Shown: positions 9,893 through 17,226 of the stretch, piece after piece | Numbering within the stretch: position 1 is the stretch's first letter | How the letters are laid out: each line of letters begins with the position of its first letter | Source: an uncultured Nitrososphaerota archaeon | GTDB taxonomy: Archaea; Asgardarchaeota; Njordarchaeia; Njordarchaeales; Panguiarchaeaceae | Direction: 5' to 3' | DNA length: 64,000 nt | Assembly (NCBI GenBank): GCA_964636085.1 | Contig: CAZWPQ010000001.1 | Span: 64,650 to 128,649, forward strand | Notes under the pieces: model-generated | Databases searched by the model: none | Seen by the model: the letters and a program-made list of their open reading frames with translations, nothing else | Told to the model about the DNA's origin: nothing | Made by a program: the position numbers and the translations under genes

Positions 9893-10031
9893 GGTCTACA
9901 CCGCCTATTTTATCTTTGTTATGTTAAAACTGCTCCACCTTTGATGAATCCATAACCAATAGAAATTTTAGTAATTTAATTAATTTATATCAATCCCATT
10001 TTACCTTACTTATTATGGGAACATAACCTCA

Positions 10032-10129
10032 GCCGGGGTTGCCGAGCTAGGTACGGCGTCGGACTCGAGCAGATTGAGAAATCCGATGGCGTTTTCGCCT
10101 CGCGGGTTCAAATCCCGCCCCCGGCACCA
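10032..10129 (+). tRNA. tRNA-Ser(CGA) with 11-nt intron at 37/38 (10070-10080), encoded CCA
   Basis: GCCGGGG/CCCCGGC acceptor, TCGGA/TCCGA anticodon stem, long variable arm GGCG-TTTT-CGCC; BHB central helix CTCG/TGAG. Confidence 0.9.
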
Positions 10130-10132
10130 TAA

Positions 10133-10215
10133 GCGGGGGTTCCGGAGCGGTCAAACGGGCAAGGTTCAGGACCTTGTGGCGTATACCTTCGCGGGTTCAA
10201 ATCCCGCCCCCCGCA
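10133..10215 (+). tRNA. tRNA-Leu(CAG)
   Basis: GCGGGGG/CCCCCGC acceptor, CAAGG-TTCAGGA-CCTTG, long variable arm, A73; starts 3 nt after the tRNA-Ser CCA. Confidence 0.95.
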
Positions 10216-10228
10216 TTTCTATTAGACT

Positions 10229-10990
10229 CTAGTAATCTTCAGGAAGGTATAACATTGGATCTAAAACCACTATGCCGTTGCGCTCTGCGTGTTCCAATTT
10301 GTTTTTTACTTCTTCCACTATATTTCGTAGTTCCCCATATTTTCTAAGCGCATCTCCCGCAACAAAAATCATTATGCCACCACTACTCGTAAGAAACACT
10401 TCAAATTTCATTGGATCATGCATAAAATCTTCAATTATCTTGTTATTACGCGCCACAATCAGCTTAAGTCTGTTATCTACAAGGAAGAAAAAATCCATAT
10501 ATTTGGTATAATCTATTTTAAGATCTAAAATAGAAGATATCTCTACTTTATTCTTAGTATCCCTATCTACTACATAATTAGCCAGCACATTCTCAATTTT
10601 CCTGTACAGTCTCTTAAGCTCAATCTCTAGATAGTCATTTGTCAAGCCATTAGTCTTTATTTTATCGATTGTTTTTCCTATAAGGTTCTCTATTTCAAAT
10701 CTAATGCTTTTTATTTTTTCTATCAAAGCGATATTACTAAAATATGCCACTACAGCATATTTCTTATATTTTCTATCGTATGCAGGATCATAAACCTTGA
10801 ACTGGGCTGACAAAACCAAATATTCTTCTGTCTCCAATATAGCCTTGCCCTCCACATATAGGGCATAATCCGCTATCTGAAAACTAGTACTTATATCTAA
10901 GGGGAAGTCCTTTGGCAAGATTATTGATATTACGGGGCCCTCCACATCATCAAACTCAGCTAATCCAACGAAGAAATCATATTTCTTCAA
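10229..10990 (-). CDS. uDENN/longin-domain protein, NPRL2/folliculin/SMCR8-like (putative GTPase regulator)
   Basis: LAEFDDVEGP N-terminal strand-turn motif, IADYAL helix, and FKVYDPAYDRKYKKYAVV matching the uDENN Arg loop. Confidence 0.7.
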   Translation of the reverse strand: MKKYDFFVGLAEFDDVEGPVISIILPKDFPLDISTSFQIADYALYVEGKAILETEEYLVLSAQFKVYDPAYDRKYKKYAVVAYFSNIALIEKIKSIRFEIENLIGKTIDKIKTNGLTNDYLEIELKRLYRKIENVLANYVVDRDTKNKVEISSILDLKIDYTKYMDFFFLVDNRLKLIVARNNKIIEDFMHDPMKFEVFLTSSGGIMIFVAGDALRKYGELRNIVEEVKNKLEHAERNGIVVLDPMLYLPEDY

Positions 10991-11971
10991 TTACCACCCA
11001 CCCAGTACCCCAATATTATTCATAATCCCCACTAGTTTTCTACTCGCTCCGGAAATAATACCTCTTATTACATCAATTTGCTTTTTAGGATTAAACAAGG
11101 AGAAACATATAGGTCGATCATCTATTTTTCTAATACTTATATATGCTTTCGTTGAAGATCCTACATCCATTATTATGTCTATTGATTCATCATCCCCAAC
11201 ACCGAAGATAATATCCCACAGGTCTTTCCTGAAATCCCTAATTATTCTTTTTTCGTGCTCCAAGGACGTCAACAGTTTGGCTGGGATAATAGACAACCAA
11301 GAGCCAATCTTTTCATCTCCTTTCATGGCTAATGGGAAACCCATACTATCACTAATAACTACTGTTCTAGAGCCCGTTAGCTTGGCTAACGTATCTACAA
11401 TATCCTCTAGCGTTTTCATGGGAAGTGCTTTAGGAAGTATTATCTCCCTTACAACCCTAAATAGACTTTCTGGATAATATATGCTGGTATTAAATACATA
11501 TATTCTTATATTGGGGAAGACCGATTTCATTTTCTCTATCATACTTTGCAATATTTTCTCCGCGTTTAGAGCATTAGGTAAGTCCTGCTTATGAGCCAAT
11601 AATGCAATTGTTATGCTATCAATTTTCCTGTCCTTAATAGCGCTTGACATCAGTTTTAATATATCTACGAACTCTTTCAGCATTAACTTTATTCTCTCTC
11701 TTTTCGCCGCTGCGTCCATAACATATAGTATAACAGTATTTTCATCAAGCAAATTTAATAAAAACTCGATATTCGTTCGCTGAAATCTCCTTTGGCCTGG
11801 GGTAACAAATAGTGATATATCTGCCTTTAACACTTTTAGCATGTATTTTTCTACTCTTGTGGAAGGTTCCGTGTTCAACGCTATTGCTCTATCTAGAAAT
11901 ATCAAATATTTCCCTATTGATGTTTTGCCCACATTAGCTTGTCCTATCAAAATGACTTTTAATTTAGCCAT
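10991..11971 (-). CDS. Rag-like small GTPase with C-terminal roadblock domain
   Basis: G1 GQANVGKTS, G2 PST, variant G3 VTPGQ, Rag-type G4 HKQD and G5 TSIY; C-term LEDIVDTLAKLTGSRTVVISDSMGFPLA is roadblock-like. Confidence 0.82.
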   Translation of the reverse strand: MAKLKVILIGQANVGKTSIGKYLIFLDRAIALNTEPSTRVEKYMLKVLKADISLFVTPGQRRFQRTNIEFLLNLLDENTVILYVMDAAAKRERIKLMLKEFVDILKLMSSAIKDRKIDSITIALLAHKQDLPNALNAEKILQSMIEKMKSVFPNIRIYVFNTSIYYPESLFRVVREIILPKALPMKTLEDIVDTLAKLTGSRTVVISDSMGFPLAMKGDEKIGSWLSIIPAKLLTSLEHEKRIIRDFRKDLWDIIFGVGDDESIDIIMDVGSSTKAYISIRKIDDRPICFSLFNPKKQIDVIRGIISGASRKLVGIMNNIGVLGGW

Positions 11972-12181
11972 ATTTATCACATTCCCTATTAAGAAATTGT
12001 ATCAATCGAGGGATAACCTGCCAAAAAAATCAGAACATGTTGTGATAAACATAACTAATTTTTTATAACACTCAAGTAAAAGATTTTTTGTTGTATATTA
12101 GCATTAGTAATGAGCAAAATTTGGGCTTCATGTATAGTGATTTTTATTACCTATAATAGCGAATAGCTTGGTGATGAAGAT

Positions 12182-13513
12182 ATGAACGTACGCCAAAAGA
12201 AAACGAAGATTGATTATTCGAAACTCATTGACATATTAAACATTGATATTAATGCACTTAGGACAGCACCAAAAAAACCAACTATGCACATATCTAGTGC
12301 GATCATCGGTACTGCGGGCCATGTGGATCATGGTAAAAGTACTGTTACAGAAGCCCTTACGGGAAAATTCCCAGCCACGCATAGTGAAGAAATACTCCGG
12401 GGAATAACTATATTCTTGGGGTATTCTCACCTAGATATTTTTACTTGTGTTTCAGGAGAGGAACTAAGCTGTCTAATATCCAACTCTACCAAAAAATGCC
12501 CAAGCAGAACATCAATGCATCACATGCGTTGTTATTCTATACTCGACCACCCTGGACACGAAATTTTGATCTCTACAATGCTCTCTGGTGCTTCCCTTAT
12601 AGATTACGGCCTTGTTGTAATAGCAGCTAATGAACCATGTCCAATGCCCCAGACTAGAGAGCACGTTGCTGCCCTTGAAGTCATGGGCATAGATAGAATT
12701 ATATGTGTGCAAAATAAAATAGAACTCGTTGGCCAAGAAAAACTACTAAAACATTATCAACAGATTATCGACTTCTTTGAGAACGAAACGAGATTCGGTA
12801 CACCACCAATAATCCCAGTAAGTGCTGCCCTAAAAATAAATATAGAGCTAATATTGGCCGCTATCCTCCAGTATTTCCCACCCAAAACACCTAATCTTGG
12901 AGGCCCAGCCTTGATGTATATAGCCCGCTCTTTCGACCCAAATAGACCAGGAACCCCCATAAAGAAAATTATTGGAGGCGTTATCGGTGGCGCGCTTAAG
13001 AGCGGCGAATTAAAAGTAGGGGATGAAATAGAGATAAGACCTGGTGTTATTGCCGAGGACGGAGAAATCATGCCTTTGTTCTCAGAAGTAGTAAGTATAC
13101 GCTCTGATGCTGGACAGTCCCTTAAAAAAGCCCAGCCACATATGCTAATTGGAGTAGCCACAACACTCGACCCTGGGCTGGCAAAATCAGATGGGCTTGT
13201 AGGAAATATCGCGGGGAAATCTAAGGATCTGCCGCCTGTGACTGATAAGATAATTGTCAAGAATATAAATATGTTCGAAAAAATAATTGGCACAAGAGTT
13301 GAAAGGAAAAATTATCCGCTCAGAAAAGGAGAGGAGATATTGATAAACGCTGGCACATCCACCGTCGTTGGAGAAATCGACTTCATTCAGGATGACGAGG
13401 CCGAAATTATATTGAGTAGACCCATATGCCTGCCTAAGGAGGAGAGAGTGGCAATACTTAGGGAAATTGACCGTGAATATAGGCTGGTTGGTTACGGCAG
13501 ACTGGACTATTAA
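12182..13513 (+). CDS. eif2g: Translation initiation factor aIF2 gamma subunit
   Basis: GHVDHGKST, HSEEILRGITIFLGY, DHPGHE, PMPQTREH, QNKIE, RSFDPNRPG, RLVGYG. Confidence 0.93.
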   Translation: MNVRQKKTKIDYSKLIDILNIDINALRTAPKKPTMHISSAIIGTAGHVDHGKSTVTEALTGKFPATHSEEILRGITIFLGYSHLDIFTCVSGEELSCLISNSTKKCPSRTSMHHMRCYSILDHPGHEILISTMLSGASLIDYGLVVIAANEPCPMPQTREHVAALEVMGIDRIICVQNKIELVGQEKLLKHYQQIIDFFENETRFGTPPIIPVSAALKINIELILAAILQYFPPKTPNLGGPALMYIARSFDPNRPGTPIKKIIGGVIGGALKSGELKVGDEIEIRPGVIAEDGEIMPLFSEVVSIRSDAGQSLKKAQPHMLIGVATTLDPGLAKSDGLVGNIAGKSKDLPPVTDKIIVKNINMFEKIIGTRVERKNYPLRKGEEILINAGTSTVVGEIDFIQDDEAEIILSRPICLPKEERVAILREIDREYRLVGYGRLDY

Positions 13514-13524
13514 GGACAGTTGAA

Positions 13525-14109
13525 CTATTTCCATAAAAATACCGTGGCGATTTTCTCCATCACAACCTTGATGCCCACACTATCCATTCTTTCTCCCCTC
13601 ATCTTGCTAAGAGTACTCACATAATCTAAGGGAACATCGTATATTGACAATATCTCCCCCAAATTTCCAGCACACTTATCACACTCTACAAAACTAGTGA
13701 TAATCCCTCTTTCAACAAGTTCCTCTAATATCTCCTCGACATCATTTCTTGCAATTATCACAATAACAGCCCATCTATTAGATCTAGACAACAACTCTAG
13801 TACATCCCTAACCTGCGTCCTAGCGAATAAACGCAAACAAAACTGCAGGTTAAGTTTCTTTGCTACATTCTCTCCCCGGAGATAATCCCTCACAGCAAGC
13901 TTAAGAGCATACTCTACTATTTCAATACCTAACACATAACTACACGGAACAAACTGAATCCAAATCCCCCGACGCTCAAAATCAGGGATAAAATTCAGAA
14001 AAGCATCTTTATTTATCTCCCCACAGGTAATTAGGAAATTAAACTTCTCCCCGTTATATGAAATCTTGTCTTTCTTGTAATACTCTTGTAATACGCTAAT
14101 ATTATCCAA
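13525..14109 (-). CDS. cgi121: KEOPS complex subunit Cgi121
   Basis: IQFV...ALKLAVR...GENVAKKLNLQFCLRLFARTQVRDVL and terminal VMEKIA. Confidence 0.75.
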   Translation of the reverse strand: MDNISVLQEYYKKDKISYNGEKFNFLITCGEINKDAFLNFIPDFERRGIWIQFVPCSYVLGIEIVEYALKLAVRDYLRGENVAKKLNLQFCLRLFARTQVRDVLELLSRSNRWAVIVIIARNDVEEILEELVERGIITSFVECDKCAGNLGEILSIYDVPLDYVSTLSKMRGERMDSVGIKVVMEKIATVFLWK

Positions 14110-14196
14110 TGGAATACACCTACATTATCGGTATTTTTATACTACTCGAGTATTACAGGTATATTGGTGATCCATATGCAATTACAAGCATCAAAT

Positions 14197-14388
14197 ATGA
14201 AATTAATAACCTTGCATATCCCCCAGAAATTCATTGAAGCTCTTGACGAGTTAGTTGCGAGAGGATGGTACCCAAATAGAAGTGAGGCTATCAGAGTTGC
14301 TATACGCGACTTTTTGAGAGAGATGAAGAAGTTTATGTTGAGTGCAGAAAACAGTAGAAGATCTAGTACTGGTATCCAGACACTCTAA
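14197..14388 (+). CDS. Ribbon-helix-helix regulator, CdrS/aCcr1-like
   Basis: MKLITLHIPQKFIEALDELVARGWYPNRSEAIRVAIRDFL; start may be a few codons upstream. Confidence 0.88.
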   Translation: MKLITLHIPQKFIEALDELVARGWYPNRSEAIRVAIRDFLREMKKFMLSAENSRRSSTGIQTL

Positions 14389-14866
14389 TCCATTTGCGTC
14401 CGCGTAAATAATAACATGTTATATTCCTCCTTCTTAATTTTTTTACTAATTCCATGTCTATTGTGGCTACTGCCGCATTAATTTTGCCAGCCATCCTTGC
14501 AATGATCTCATCATAGTACTCATAAAATTTTAGCCTGTTTTTGATTCTGGCTAATTCTTCGATTATGGCCTTATCCACAGTTATGATCTCTATTTGCATT
14601 CTTCTTATTAGCTCTAGTGCAAAGTCTGCTGCTATTTTTATTTTTCCTTTCTTTCTGTTCCTCAATATTTCAAGCTCCTCTATTGTTGTGTCTAGTACTA
14701 CAAGCCTAGCTCCTTCTGACACCTCCTTGAGTGCTAATTCTATATTTATTGGCATCCTCTTTTTCCCCTTTATTGCATACATTAGTAGGGACGAATCTAT
14801 GATTATTAATCTATCTCTCCGATTTGAAGTGTTCCCATCCTTTCCTCGGTATCTTTTTTCCAGCAT
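14363..14866 (-). CDS. PIN domain protein (Fcf1/Utp24-like)
   Basis: IIIDSSLL, TIEELE, YDEII, VATIDMEL PIN acidic motifs. Confidence 0.8.
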   Translation of the reverse strand: MLEKRYRGKDGNTSNRRDRLIIIDSSLLMYAIKGKKRMPINIELALKEVSEGARLVVLDTTIEELEILRNRKKGKIKIAADFALELIRRMQIEIITVDKAIIEELARIKNRLKFYEYYDEIIARMAGKINAAVATIDMELVKKLRRRNITCYYLRGRKWIRVSGYQY

Positions 14867-15767
14867 AGAAAACCCCCGAACCCTTTTCTACGTATCCTAT
14901 CTTTATTGGTTCCTTGAGGCCCATCGCTCTAAATTTCTCGATCACTGTCTCCTCTGGCTTGTCCGTGGTGAATATTATCTCAAACTCTTCGCCACAATAC
15001 AATGCTAGGCTTAATGGGTCAAGGTTATTCAACTTTGCATATTGATATACTTCAGATGCGACGGGTATCCTATCTAGAATTATGGCTACCCCACTCTTGT
15101 TGGCGATATCATTCAATGAGACAGCTAGACCATCCGATGAATCTATAGCCGCTGTAGCTAATTCCCTCAATACGATCGCTATTTTGGGATTTATCTTTGG
15201 TCTCATATATTCCCGTAGTACTGATTCTATACCTCTTGTTGCAGTTCCAGATTGGAGTAAATAATGTAGAGCAATGGAGGCCACACTAAATTCGTTAGTA
15301 GCCCATACGCTATCTCCCTCCTTTGCTCCACTCCGAGGTATAAACCTGTCCGAAATACCTATGCCAACGCCTGTAATTACAAGGTCTTCGGATCCTCCAA
15401 AGTCCCCTCCAATGTATTTGCATCCATAATACTCACACGCCCTCTTTATACCGTCTAGCAACTCTCTAATATGCTTTATTTCCATATTGCTTGGAGCACT
15501 TATAGAGCACATTAAATATGTGGGTAATCCACTCTTGGCTATTACATCACTAAATGTCATTGTTACTGTTTTCCACCCTATGCTGTAGTAGTCTATACCC
15601 GAGGGCGCGTCCGTACTTTCCACAAATGTGTCCACATTTACTATCATCACCCCTCGGCCACAGGGAAGGGGAAACGCGTCCTCGTCAACAAAGATATTGT
15701 CATTCGATATATATTCAAATATTATCCCCTCTAGAATCCTTCGTTCTCCAAGTTCTGATAGCCTCAT
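14811..15767 (-). CDS. thiL: Thiamine-monophosphate kinase
   Basis: LSELGER, NVDTFVE, SDVIAK, IGGD, RSGAKEGD, AIDSSDGL, GEEFEIIFT; start ATG 15767 preferred. Confidence 0.93.
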   Translation of the reverse strand: MRLSELGERRILEGIIFEYISNDNIFVDEDAFPLPCGRGVMIVNVDTFVESTDAPSGIDYYSIGWKTVTMTFSDVIAKSGLPTYLMCSISAPSNMEIKHIRELLDGIKRACEYYGCKYIGGDFGGSEDLVITGVGIGISDRFIPRSGAKEGDSVWATNEFSVASIALHYLLQSGTATRGIESVLREYMRPKINPKIAIVLRELATAAIDSSDGLAVSLNDIANKSGVAIILDRIPVASEVYQYAKLNNLDPLSLALYCGEEFEIIFTTDKPEETVIEKFRAMGLKEPIKIGYVEKGSGVFYAGKKIPRKGWEHFKSER

Positions 15768-15768
15768 C

Positions 15769-16629
15769 CTATCTTCCATATCTAAGCGACACCATACCTG
15801 CAACTTTTCTTATTCTACTATGCCTCCCCCAAAGTCTTATGAATTTGGTTACGGCATTCGTATACTTTATTTCCACTTCCTCGCCTCTAGCTATTTCTCC
15901 TACTTCCACACCATCCGCTATAAGTATAGCATCCATCCATGTTTCCATGACCTTAACTCTAATAATCGAGTCCGACGGGAATATCATTGGAAAACTGGAC
16001 CTAAATAGTGGTGCTATAGGCGTGACAACGAATGACTCCACGCTTTCTGATACTATCGGCCCACCAACCGATAATGCATAAGAAGAACTCCCAATGGGTG
16101 TCGATATAATTAGGCCATCGCATAGTATCTCCCCCACTTTCTCATTATCCACGCTCATCTCCAAACCCAATATTTTCCCTGGTTTTTTTGTCATGATAAC
16201 ATATTCATTAAGTATTGAGGGGAACGCATGTGCCCCATGTTCTATATGGGCCTTTGCCCTATGTATTGCTATTATATAAAAATCCCCCTTCTCTATCTTA
16301 TCCACACTATTGTAGAATTCAGCGATAGATAATTCGGTTAGGAGGCCAATCTTTCCAAAATTTATCCCAAGAATTGGCTTCTCATATTTTTCTATCTCCC
16401 TTGAGGCATACAAAATTGTGCCATCACCACCCAAGGTTATGACAAAATCACACGATTTTAAGGCCCTATCCTCAGGTGCGGAATCTAAGGTTACTACTTG
16501 AAGAACATTCCAACCCCGTCTCCTTATAAAATTTAAAAAGTTATCCAACTCTACTATAACGTTCTCTTTAGGGGCAACGAATATTACTACATTAGGTTTA
16601 CCTGAGAAGCCCTCTCCTCCGTATTTCAT
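15769..16629 (-). CDS. nadK: NAD kinase
   Basis: LGGDGTIL, GINFGKIGLL, LNE, DGLIISTPIGSSSYALSVGGP. Confidence 0.95.
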   Translation of the reverse strand: MKYGGEGFSGKPNVVIFVAPKENVIVELDNFLNFIRRRGWNVLQVVTLDSAPEDRALKSCDFVITLGGDGTILYASREIEKYEKPILGINFGKIGLLTELSIAEFYNSVDKIEKGDFYIIAIHRAKAHIEHGAHAFPSILNEYVIMTKKPGKILGLEMSVDNEKVGEILCDGLIISTPIGSSSYALSVGGPIVSESVESFVVTPIAPLFRSSFPMIFPSDSIIRVKVMETWMDAILIADGVEVGEIARGEEVEIKYTNAVTKFIRLWGRHSRIRKVAGMVSLRYGR

Positions 16630-17107
16630 CTATTATCACACCCACTATTTTCTCGAAATCACCATTACTCGTATCTATTACTACTAGCTTAGATTTCCCA
16701 TAATTCGAAATAGCTTCCCCAAGTATCACCCCGAACCTTTCGGCCTCTAGGTTTTCATCAATTTTATCTTGCGAAAAACCCCTTCTTTCTAGTCTCTCCC
16801 TTAGAACATAAGGCTCACACACCAATACTATACACAAATCAACCCAATCCGATGGCAGCGCCTCCGCACCAATCCCCTCTATGATGACACTTTTCTTTGT
16901 GCTAATAATCCCCCCCAATTTTTTCCTTAGCCTATCCTCGTCTATAATATATGCAGAACGTTGCCTATCATAGCCACAGTATAGCTTGTTCTCTATGACA
17001 AATTTGCTTAAATGTATGACATGGAAACCATAGCTAGATAACATGTCGGCGAATGTAGACTTACCAGTACCTGGGGAACCACATATTGCGATTACCACCA
17101 ACAGCAA
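16598..17107 (-). CDS. Adenylate kinase AK6/Fap7 family
   Basis: GSPGTGKST, LRERLERRGFSQDKIDENLEAE. Confidence 0.9.
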   Translation of the reverse strand: MLLVVIAICGSPGTGKSTFADMLSSYGFHVIHLSKFVIENKLYCGYDRQRSAYIIDEDRLRKKLGGIISTKKSVIIEGIGAEALPSDWVDLCIVLVCEPYVLRERLERRGFSQDKIDENLEAERFGVILGEAISNYGKSKLVVIDTSNGDFEKIVGVIIDEIRRRGLLR

Positions 17108-17226
17108 TCACCAAGAGTCGAATAATTCACAATCGCCAGTATATAATGCCCTAGGCATTAACATAAACTTATTAATTTAATACAGATGAATTATACTTTA
17201 ATTTGATGTGCCTATGATGATTTAAA

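Noticed and set aside
12182-13513. SelB call from the GTAGHVDHGK motif
   Set aside because: RSFD.N.PG, P.PQT.EH, QNKIE, the C-terminal RLVGYG and the three-domain length fit aIF2-gamma
15554-16081. Long antisense ORFs here and elsewhere (e.g. 29329-29988, 35782-36387, 48014-48556, 57668-58189)
   Set aside because: Shadow frames opposite well-supported genes, with Ser/Ile/Phe-rich non-protein-like composition
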